Source: Azolla caroliniana
Lineage: Eukaryota > Plantae > Polypodiophyta
Length of the DNA stretch: 64,000 nucleotides
NCBI GenBank assembly: GCA_043228905.1
Contig: JBHGNT010000013.1
Coordinates: 20,708,001-20,772,000, forward strand
Reading direction: 5' to 3'
Shown here: piece after piece, positions 53,981-64,000 of the stretch
How the letters are laid out: the number at the start of each line of letters is the position of its first letter
How positions within the stretch are numbered: the stretch's first letter is position 1
The notes under the pieces: model-generated
Databases searched by the model: none
What the model saw: only the letters and a program-made list of their open reading frames with translations
What the model was told of the DNA's origin: nothing
Position numbers and translations under genes: made by a program

Positions 53981-56395
53981 GTGGAATTCCGCGACAACGT
54001 CTTGAAGTCTCTTCAACATTTTCAGGAAAAATGTCTACATGCGCCTTGGGTTGAACTAGAGTTGGGTCACTTAAGAAATGAATTAGTAGGTTTAGAAGAT
54101 AAGATATCTCAAACAAAGTTTCATGGTGCTGCTGTGAAGTGGACTCGATTAGGTGATATTGTGAATTCCGAATTTTTTGCATATTATAAAGGTGGTCATT
54201 CAGGTAGTTATATGAGACAACTTCAAAGGGAAGATGGATCTATTATAAAGGACACTAATGAAATGAGGGACATTGCTACGTCTTTTTATAAAAATCTACT
54301 AACAACCCAACAATTTTCAGTTCAACAACTCCAAAAAAGAAAAATAGTTTTGGATTGTTTGGAACATAAGGTCTCAAATGAGATGGTTGAATCATTGGTA
54401 AAGACAATCTCTTCTGTAGAGGTAAGAGTTGCACTGGTGGTTGTCGGGAAGAATGTATGCCTAGGAAATGATGGATTATCACCATAATTCTTTTTAGAAT
54501 ATTGGGATGATATAGCCGATGTTTTCACATCCTCTTTACAAGAAGTTTTTACATTGGGAAGGATGCCTGCTGAATGGAATGAAGGAATGGTTTATTTGAT
54601 TCCAAAGTTAGAAGGTGTGGTGGATGATATTAAGAAATGGAGGCCTATAACTATTTTAAATACTATACATAAAGTTTATGCTAAATTATTAGCTACACGT
54701 TTGCAGCCTTTTCTTCCGCATATTGTACATAAAAGTTAGACAAACTTTATATAGGAAAAGAGTATATTTGATAATATTTTCATATTTTGGGAGATGATAA
54801 CAATAGTGCAAGAAACAAAACAAGAATTAACAATATTGCTTTTGGATTTTGAGAAAGCATATGATAGAGTTGATTGGAATTTCTTATACAAAGTTATGGG
54901 CCGTCTAGGTCTTCCAAGTGACTATGTTAAGGCTGTTTTTGCATTATATATTCAGCATCTAGTCGAGGTCTTGTTGGCGGAGCACTCAGTAATAATTTTC
55001 CGATCACTAGATCGGTGAGACAAGGATGTCCTTTGGCTCCATATTTATTTCTATTTGTGGGAGAAGCCTTTAGTGCATTCTTGCTACATAAGAACATGTT
55101 ATCTATTAAGGTATACAATGGCCATGTGTGGAAGAGGCTATGTTAGACTGTGAATTTGCAGATGACACAACATTATATGTTGTAGGAGATGACAGAAATT
55201 TCTGTAATGTGCAAAATGTGATCCATGATTTTTGTGATGCTTCAGGTGCTATTATTGATTGGCATAAATTAGTGGGATTTTGGGTTGGGGAAGGTCTTAC
55301 TCCTACTTGGTGTCTAGACATTGTGCTCAGTTGGATACCAAAGGGGTCTCCTGTGAGATATTTAGGGTATCAAGTAGGAACTAATCTTCCTCCAGAAGTT
55401 CATATCCAACCATTACTTCTTTCTTTGAGGAAGAAGTTGATCTTTTGGAGTTCTAAAATTTTGTCACTTGCAGGGAGGCTAGTTATTTCTAATCAAGTAT
55501 TACTCTCCTCAATGTGGTATATTCTATCCTCTTTGTTATTCTCCAGATCTTTGTTGTCAAAGCTACATGGGTTGATTAGGAATTTTTTTGGGGGATCTAT
55601 TGATTTTAAGAATGTTAGACCAAAGGTAGCTTGGAAAACTATTATAGTGCCGACTTCTCAAGGGGGTTTAGGTTTGGTAGATCCTCTAATGCAATGTAAG
55701 GCATTATTGGCAAAATTTATAGTACAAGGATTACTGTGAGGAAATGAGTTGTGGAAGATGCTTCTTCAGTTGAGATTTAATGTAAGGGGGTTTAGGTTTG
55801 GTAGATCCTCTAATGCAATGTAAAGCATTATTGGCAAAATTTATAGTAAAAGGATTATTGCGAGGAAATGAGCCGTGGAAGATGCTTCTTCAGTTGAGAT
55901 TCGAGAATGAAAGAGGTCTTCCCAAAAACTGGAGATGAATGGACAAGGCCTCTCCGATGGTGGTTTATTCCTTACTTCCATTTGCATAAGATAGTGTTTC
56001 AAAATGATAGGTTCTTCGTTGCGATAAAGCGAACCTGGTGGTCCATAAAGATAATTTGCAACAAGTTTGGCCCACTTCGATGGATGAATGGTTACATCAA
56101 CCCTCGGTTTGGAATCCTTTATTTCTAGATGTTGAAGGATTTATGTTTGGGAGGAGAGTAAGATAAAATTGGGCTCAAGTGGATTCATCTTTTACCTCAT
56201 CGCTTAGTAATTGGCAACAATTTGTTCACAACCCTACTCATATTATTCAACAAGAGTATAGAGGAATAAGAGGAGGAAAAGTGATAGTTGATGAGTTAAG
56301 GACGTTGCAATTACCCTTGTAGGATAATATACTTTCTAATTATCATAAGTGGGTGGGATTATTTTCAAATTTTTAGATTTTACTTGGAGTCTATG
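53981..56395 (+). mobile_element. L1-type LINE ORF2 (RT region), pseudogenised and truncated
   Basis: WRPITILNTIHKVYAK, LDFEKAYDRVDW, RQGCPLAPYLF, FADDT, YLG, LSLAGRL, GGLGL. Stops and frameshifts are present, plus an internal ~124-bp tandem duplication at ~55660-55900. Confidence 0.9.
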
Positions 56396-56398
56396 GCG

Positions 56399-57619
56399 TT
56401 AGAAATGATGATACTTTCTTAAGATATGATGTTCTACAGGATGGACGGTTAGGGATGATTCCCGAGGAAGATGAATGTTTAACTCTTCATCTAATTGACT
56501 AAGGATTTCAAATTTGTTTGAGATACTTGGGCTATTAGTACTATGAATACTATCTGACACTCTATTAGTACTATTAATACTATCAGACACTCCGAAGGCA
56601 AGAATTGACTCGGGTTTAGTACAGGCAACGATTTGATTTACCTGTCTTCTTGGCCTATGGGGACAATTGATGGTGATATGCCCTGGTCCACCGCAATAAA
56701 GACATAATTGATTGGCACGTCGTCGTTGCTTTTCTTCTTCCGATAACGGGCCGCGTCGACGCATGGTATCGATCTCCATTGGTGTCGAAGTATTTGCTTG
56801 AGGTATGTCTCGTGCAAACAGTTTAGCCGCGATTGCGGCGTAAGTGGGCTCTGGCCTAGAGCGTGGTATCTGTAATTGACGTTCTGAACGTCGTTCGAAA
56901 AGGCGGTTGTCACATCGGACTGCTCGACTAATTGCCTCCGTAAGAGACTTTGGTTCTTCGGGGAAAGTTAGAAGTAGATCTTTGACATCGTTTCGCAAGC
57001 CATAGCGAAACTGCTCCATTAGTGCTTGATCATCCCAGGGTATATCTGAAGCAAGTAGGCGGAAATCCGCAGCGTAGGCAGAGGCTGGACGATCGCCTTG
57101 ACGCAATCGCCGGATCTTGTTGATCGTTGTCCTGATGTTGTCGGTGTCTCCAAAGCAGGCTTTAAACTCACTAATAAAATCTTCAAAATTATTAAGCAAG
57201 GGTGATTGTTTTTCTAGAAGCGGAGCGAACCATGCTAAGGTTGAGCCACTAAGCAACGTGCCTATTAAGCCGACTCGGGATGCATCAGTGGGATCTCGGG
57301 AAGGATGCATTTGGAGGACTAATCGTACCTGATTAAGGAATCCCCTGAATTGCGATCGCGTTCCATCAAATTTCACAGGAAGTCCAATCTTCGGCTCTTT
57401 ATGAAATCCTTGGGGACTTGATCCTTGTTGTTGCAATGCCGCTTCAAGTTGTTGCACCCGTAATGCTAACTCCCCATGTTGTTGTTGCGTTTGTTGTTTT
57501 TCTAGAATCTTTTGTTGCAGATCCCCTATTAGCCGTTGGTTTTCTTGTTCCAAGGCAACAAATTTTTCTTTTAAGCACTATAGCTCGGAGAAAACGGATT
57601 GATATTCTTGGGCGCTCAT
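56399..57619 (-). pseudogene. Ty3/gypsy (chromovirus, Tcn1/Tf1-sushi-like) gag with a CCHC zinc knuckle; early nonsense codon, pol absent
   Basis: ATG at 57619 (MSAQEYQSVFSEL*CLKEKFVALEQ...) is in frame with ORF 56399-57553, with TAG at 57580-57578. Motifs: EPKIGLPVKFDG, LRQG...AYAADF, FRYGL, PMEID, CLYCGGPGHITINC. Confidence 0.88.
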
Positions 57620-57700
57620 AGTAGCAATAGTATAGGGAAAAGGGTAGGAGGATGAGGGAGAACGACAAGTAGGTTGGAGGACCGGAAAATTGGTTCAAAT

Positions 57701-58109
57701 TGTCAGGAATAATACTAAGCAGAGATGGAATTAGTACTAAAGAAGAGCAGTACTATTAGTACTAAGAGGACGGGACTGCGTAAGACTCCCGAGAGAGAGA
57801 GAAAGAGAGAAGATGATGATAACAGCCAATATATTATGTGAAGGATAAGTACAAAATGGCTAAGAGGCTTAAGACTGGCGTTGAACCAATTTGGGCCAAC
57901 ATAATGCCTAGTGCCTTCTTTTATAGTGTTGTCAGGAGTAATCCTGAAACTTATAGAATGTTCCAGAGAAATTTGGAATATACATTACTTTCTTATAATA
58001 AAATATAAATGAAAATAATATCCTATGAATTACAATAGATGGTGTGATGGTTAAGAGCTCGACCCATATACCATAAGGTTATGGGTTCGAGTCTTGCCAT
58101 ATCATGACA
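57701..58109 (-). mobile_element. 5' LTR (409 bp) of the gypsy element
   Basis: TGTCA...TGACA termini. A minus-strand TATAAAA is at 57925-57919. The PBS-position sequence is directly adjacent (57700-57687), followed by gag. Confidence 0.85.
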
Positions 58110-60645
58110 CAAATGGATCTTCAAAGCTGAAAAATGGGGAATATAGCAGCTCACCCAGATAGTCAAGGGTTTCAGCAAAAAAAAGGGCTCGATTTTGATG
58201 AGATTTTTGCACCAGTCGTGAAGATGACGTCCATTCGAACAATGTTAAGTATTGCTGCCAGTATGAATCTGGAAATAGTGCAATTGGATGTCAAAACAAC
58301 ATTCTTGCATGGAGAACTAGATAAAGAAATCTATATGCAACCACCTGAAGTTTTTGTGGAGAAAGGAAAAGAGAATCTGGTGTGTCGACTGAAGAAAAGC
58401 TTGTATGGTTTGAAGCAAGCTCTATGCCAGTGGTATAAGAAGTTCGAATCCTTCATGTTGGAACATGGATTCCATAAAACACAGGTTATCACTATGTGTT
58501 TGTCAAAAGGTATAATGAAGGCGACTTCTTGATTCTCTTGCTATATCTGGATGACATGTTAGTGGTCAAACAAGACACCAAGAAGATTGTGAGCCGAAAT
58601 TCGGGACACAACTAAGAATGTGCTATGGTTGTCACAAGAGAAGTATGTGACAAAGATTTTGGAAAGATTTAACATGTCGGAAGCAAAACCAATAGGGTCT
58701 GCATTACCGAAAAATGGCAAGTTAAATGCTAGACAATGTCCGAAAAGCGAAAAGAACAAGGCCGACATGAGGAAAGTGCCATATGCCTCGGCCATAGCAT
58801 TTGCGGTCGGAACGGTAAGTCGATAATGAGCAATCCATGAAGAGAACATTGGGTAGTTGCAAAATGGATACAGATTCTAGAAAGCCTATGCTCGAAGGCT
58901 TTACAGATTCTGACATGTCGGGGGATGTAGACTCAAGTTGATCCACATCATGTTATGTGATGACCAATGGAGGGGGAGCAATGTCATGGTAGTCAAGATT
59001 GCAAAAGGTGTTGGAAAACAGATCCCTCTAGATGGGAGGAAGAGAACGAACCGAATAGAAGACCTATGGGTAATTCGACCGAGGCCAAGAATCGATTTTA
59101 TAACCGACTCGGGAGACTATATTTGTAAATAGTCTAGATGTGCCCATTGAGGCTATATTTGTAAATAGTCTGCAATGTATATGAGTATATATATACTTAG
59201 GGCAAGTGGTTAGATGAGAGAGAAAAAGTAGAGATAATAATTATAGTTAAAGAGGTTACAATGTGTAGTTGCCTTTGTAACTGTGAGAGAGTGAGTGAGT
59301 GAGTAGTAACTATGTCGCCGCCTGCTAAACGAAGACGAGCTCGAGGTTGTTGCCTCCGAGTCTCCTTGTATTCCTCTCTCGATTATAGTGATTCTGTTTC
59401 CTTTCGGGTTTTCCATGTTAAATAGTTTTTGTCTTTGTGCATTTTTCGTTTCTACTCCTCAATTTTTTTATCTGTGTCATTGTCGATTCTTAGCACCCGA
59501 ATATTTGAAACTGAAACTGATTGTGACCGCCCACGATCCTAACAAAAGGCTATGGCTTTGTCGAGCACAGAGGTAGAATATATGGTTGCGGTAGAAGCCA
59601 GGACGGAGCTAATATGGATGAAGAATTTTCTTAGTGACCTAGGAATGAAGCAAGAAAAATTCTTACTTCACTGTGATAATCAGAGTGTCATACATCTAGC
59701 CAAGAACGTTGCTTACCACGCTCAGATAAAGCATATATAGAGAAGTTATCACTAGTTACGAGAGAAAGTGGATGAATAAGAGTGTACCCTTGTGAAGATC
59801 CATATTGATGATAATGGATCTGACATGATCACGAAAGTCCTACTTATGGACAGACTCAAAGTTTGTCTACAGAAGACAAGGTTGGCCGACTCTCCCTATA
59901 GGAGTGAAGGGGGATTTTGTTAGGATTCTGTCCCTCCTAATTGGAGAAGTCAGCAATCAGACTAGAGGAGTCAACAAGCCGAATTCAGGATAGTCGATCC
60001 GATCGACTAGCAAGTCGACTTATTAGTCGATTGACTAGAGGAAATGGAGAGTCGATTGTGGTAGTCGACTGTATTGGATGGATGATCCAAGGGAAAGACT
60101 AGGCGGACTAGTCGGGCCGATTGGATGGTCGATGACAAAATCCGTTAGTTGGACAGACTAGATTGTCGACATAGGAGTCGGCTAGTCGGATCGACTAGAC
60201 TGTCGACTTGTGGGTCAACTGTAGACAGATGAATCGGCTAGTCAATAGATTACCTGCTAATATTATTATACAATAATAATAACTTATTTTTTCTATAAAT
60301 ATGTGGAGCTAGAGCAAACTTTTGGGGGTTATAGAAGTGCGGAGGGAGTGAGTTGTATGAGCCGCAATAGAAAAACAAAGTAGGATAGAGACAAGAGAGG
60401 GTGAGGAAGGCACAGTGTGTGATACTGGCCACCAAAACCATAAGACTTGGGGATTCTGTGATTTTAGAGACTTGTAAATCTGTTTTTCCTATTGTACTTC
60501 TGTTTTATAGTGAAGATATGTTGCTTTGTGGTTTTCCCCTTGTTTAGGGTTTTCCACGTAAATTTATGTATTGTGTATCTTTTGTTTTTCTGTTCTGTAC
60601 ATTTCAATCTATTTTTCTCGCCTGTCTATGGTCCTAATCACAACA
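58110..60645 (+). mobile_element. Ty1/copia retrotransposon 3' half (RT, RNase H, PPT, 3' LTR), decayed
   Basis: RT motifs: FDEIFAPVVKMTSIR, QLDVKTTFLHGEL, LKKSLYGLKQA, YLDD. RNase H motifs: ALSSTEVEY, CDNQS, KHI. PPT GGAGTGAAGGGGGA at ~59901-59914. 3' LTR 59918-60645 (TGTT...AACA). Confidence 0.9.
59009..59544 (+). mobile_element. Solo LTR (536 bp) nested in copia pol with a 5-bp TSD
   Basis: TGTTGG...CTAACA flanked by AAAGG at 59004-59008 and 59545-59549. Removing it restores SRLQK-AMALSSTE. Confidence 0.9.
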
Positions 60646-61989
60646 CATTGAGGCATGTGTTTACACCAATCTAGGGTGTGACATTTGTTGTCATTTCGAA
60701 TATTGTTCAAATAACGATTATCACATCACACAAGTCAACTAAATGCCTCTACAAGTGATTTGGGGTTTTCATGTTTATTGTTGATTGTTGATATCCATAT
60801 CTCCGAAACACACTTGAAACTCCTTAATTAAATGATTAAATTTCTCTAAAATGAAGACTTTTCTCCATAAGTATCGGAAACCACACAAATGTTGTACCAA
60901 TTAACATGGATCTAACTCATGCAACTCTAGTTGTGCTGGTTGGATATTAGGGGGGATACATAGGAAATACTTTAGCAATCCTCCATATTGAGACCTTGTC
61001 CCTCCTTTCAAAGGGTTTTGTTATGTGGAACCTTGTTGTGACAAAGATATTAGAGCCAATTAGAGTTGAGGGACATTTTTGGAAAGTTCTAAATGTTATT
61101 GTGCCTTCTCAACATTCACTTGTAAATCTCCAACAAACTTATGGTTCTCTTGTATCATGCCGCATACTTGGTTGTGAGGTAGTTTGGCTTGGCTACTCTC
61201 ATGTATTCATCCTTTCGTATATGCTCCATTGCGATGGTAACTACCATGAGATGCCTAGAATGAAAGGCTATTCCAAATCAAATTGTAAAGGGCTAAAGCA
61301 CAAAACGATATTGAATAAGAAAAGGGAGATAAAAAAAGGAATATGTATTAATAAGAGACTATTACAAAAGAGCATCAAACATTGGCGTTGGAGCAGTTAG
61401 ATAATAAATAGTAATATTTAACTTATCATGCATAACTATCGTATGAAATATTGTGTCCAATAAGATATCTTTTAATGGCCAAGGTTAAAGGTTACTACCA
61501 TTAAGGGTTTCATAGGTGAGAATCTCTAAAAGGTTATATCATTTTGTATGCATGCTCATGACTTGTGGAACTCCATCAATGAGTTTCATTATATGTCTAA
61601 TATATAATAATTGATCTAGGACCCCAATTTATATTGCATTCTTGGACATTTATTCCCTAGTTACCCAATTCTAAGATATTAAGCTCTTCACAACCTTCCA
61701 TTGACAAATGAATAACCAATGTAAATCAGTGAACCAAACTTCACTACAAAATCAATTTTTGACAAGATAACAACTAGAAGATCCCCTTGGTCAAGTTCAT
61801 GTAGATGACACCATTCACTCATTGACCCAAATGACCAATTCCGTTGTCAACTATGCCTTACATCCATGATTCAACATCTAGAGCCCAACATCCAAATCAA
61901 ATCCAAACATAAAGAAAGTTGTTGCCAACCTCTGCAACCAGCAAAGAATTCCTCCTCACCCAAGAACTAGTCATTGGATTCCATACCAT

Positions 61990-62284
61990 TGTCACATACA
62001 ATACCTGCAACCTAGTTTAACATTACGGAAGGCTATGGCAGGTTGTGGAAAGTTATGGAAGGTAGTAAAAGGCTCTAGTGAGGCATGGGTTTATTAATGA
62101 GCATGTATAAAGGTTGTTTGAGGGAACCGTCTCTTGACATCGCAACATAAGTTATCCAATACATTTCCTTTCGTTGTACTCTTGTCCTACTACTTTCTAA
62201 GTTTTGCCCTAGGTTTGCACCTACCCCCCTCCCCCTTCATTACCTCTCCTAGCCTACCTACTTGACTCCATCCCATTTGTTACA
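61990..62284 (+). mobile_element. Possible old solo LTR
   Basis: TGTCAC...GTTACA termini with an internal TATAAA. No perfect TSD. Confidence 0.3.
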
Positions 62285-63362
62285 ATACATATATCATGGG
62301 TTGATACATCGAATGCATTAACAAATTACATATTTTTTCTATAATATAAATCAAAGACCTCATCATTATTGTGGTATGAATATGTTTGTTAATTGGAATT
62401 ATGTCCATCTAGCTTGTATATCATACGCATGAAGCAATAGATAGCAAGACTCGTCTATTTAAAAACAAAGGAAGATTCCATCCTCAGGTGTATATATATT
62501 ATATATCAATGAACTTTAGCAATATAACTCATGTGTCAATACACCCAAACCAATAAAAGGTTTAATAATGAGAATTTTTGTGTTTATCATATACATATGC
62601 ATTCAATTGAATAGAGGGGCTTTGTAAATGAATCTCATTCTGGATGGGGATGTCAATTGCTTTGTCCAATAGGAATCATGCGCATCTAGCTTGCAGACTA
62701 GAAACTAATTATCAATACATGTATGAGGGGCTCACATTGTAGGAGAATCCCATAGATGTGCACTATGCTAAGCGTACCCTCGTGTGCAACACACACATCA
62801 AAGCTTGTGTACGATACATGTCAAAGGAATAATTTCATTTATATCTATGCGATAGGGAGGCATATAGTTGTGAGAAAACATGCACAACAAAGATTGTTAT
62901 AGGGTGAACGAGGGAATCTCTCGTTTAGCCCACATAGGATAGGTGTGCTCCGAAGAAGCATATGCAGCATGCTAATCATCCATGAGGTCTAACCGAGAAC
63001 GGGAATATAATGTCACCATGAAGAACAAGAGAGCATCATCTTTTATTTTATTTTTTTAGGTGAAGAAGGGGTAACACATGCAAAGCATCAAGGATGCTTT
63101 TAAGGTGAGGGACAAAGCTTACTTCACTTCACACACATGCATGCATGAATGAGAGCAATTCACAAAGAAGGAAGCCCAAGTCTCTCCCCTCCACATCCAC
63201 AGGACAAGGGGAGCTCCCTTTTTTTTTTTCCTTTTGCTGGTGAAGGCAAGAAGAGCAACACACAAGAGCCTCTCTCTCTCTCAAATTTTATTATGGTGAA
63301 GAAGAAGGGCAAGGGCAAACACATGCAAAGTGGATGTGTTCAAAAAGCAGAGGGAGGTGGGG

Positions 63363-63530
63363 GCTAGGGATCAACGGTTCGGCTCAAGCCTAAACCGTTT
63401 AGCTAAACCGGTTTTAAATGGCTTAGTGGATCGGGTCGGCTTAGGTTTGAGCTTGACTAAACGGTTTGGTCTCGGTTCGGCTTGGCTTGAGCCTTGCCAA
63501 ACCGGCTCAAACCGGTTAAGCCGTTTAGAA
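63363..63530. mobile_element. DNA-transposon/MITE-like end with AAACCG/CGGTT motif array
   Basis: Dense direct and inverted AAACCG, CGGTTT, GGCTC and GAGCC motifs starting at TAGGGAT. The pattern resembles hAT-like subterminal regions. Confidence 0.4.
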
Positions 63531-63574
63531 ACGTGAGAGAGAAAGAGAGAGGGAGGGAGGGAGGGACACTGTCT

Positions 63575-63688
63575 GCTCTGTGTGTGTGTGTGTGTCTCTC
63601 TCTCTCTATGCTGTGTGTGTGTGTATGTGTGTGTGTGTCTCTCTCTCTCTATGCTCTGTGTGTGTGTGTGTGTGTCTCTCTCTCTATG

Positions 63689-63723
<35 letters not shown>

Positions 63724-63739
63724 TCTCTCTCTCTCTATG

Positions 63740-63772
<33 letters not shown>

Positions 63773-64000
63773 TCTCTCTCTCTCTATGCTGTGTGTGTGT
63801 GTGTGTGTGTATAAAAGGAGCAAGGATCTTTGTATGATTTTTGATGATTTGAGAGAGAGGATTGAAATCTCTCTCTCTCTCTCTCTCTCAAAATCAAAGC
63901 AGAAACAGAGACACCACAATCAGACAGACACAGAGAGAGAGAGAGAGTAGAAACAGAGACACCACAATCAGATAGATAGATAGAGAGAGAGAGAGTGTGT
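63575..64000. repeat. Compound microsatellite array [(TG)n(TC)nTATGC]x5 plus (GA)n/(CT)n tracts
   Basis: Directly visible; it produces the spurious CVCV/THTH ORFs. Confidence 0.9.

Noticed and set aside
56399-57553. Domesticated intact gag gene (PEG10-like)
   Set aside because: The listed ORF starts at TTG. The real ATG (57619) is followed by a premature TAG, and the LTR and PBS are still attached.
58035-58100. Functional tRNA gene (also considered for 33173-33245)
   Set aside because: The stems are imperfect, there is no clear anticodon arm or terminator, and the sequence is part of a repeat. It is reported as tRNA-derived only.
63371-63950. Long CVCV/THTH ORFs
   Set aside because: They are microsatellite translations.
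40593-64000. Giant first intron linking the kinase to the repeat-rich window end
   Set aside because: A local TATA-like sequence (~40750) and a possible donor near 40653 explain the acceptor at 40593. There is no evidence for a distant exon.

Overview
Eukaryotic land-plant genomic DNA. The host is probably a non-seed plant such as a fern; this is inferred only from the transposon families and repeat style. The first ~27 kb is gene-rich. It holds a 6-coding-exon CELLULOSE SYNTHASE INTERACTIVE (CSI1/POM2-like ARM-repeat + C2) gene with a GC-AG last intron. It also holds a cluster of four 4-exon universal stress protein (USPA-like) paralogs, three on + and one on -. A 2-exon gene carrying a TUSC2/FUS1-like DEDGDxAxEF motif sits between USP1 and USP2. 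The remaining ~37 kb is mostly decayed retroelements around one AGCVIII (AGC1/D6PK-PINOID-type) kinase gene at 38.3-40.4 kb (-). The most unusual signals are in the mobile elements. (1) A gypsy/chromovirus-like LTR (57701-58109) has a PBS complementary to its own predicted transcript start (Tf1-type self-priming) and an outward-facing tRNA-like Pol III promoter at its U3 end. (2) A LINE atypical for plants has its ORF1-like domain in frame with the endonuclease and is bracketed by two copies of a convergent tRNA-like dimer. (3) There is a nested L1/gypsy/copia/solo-LTR stack with a clean 5-bp TSD. Splice sites were read by hand, and TE boundaries are approximate unless termini are quoted.
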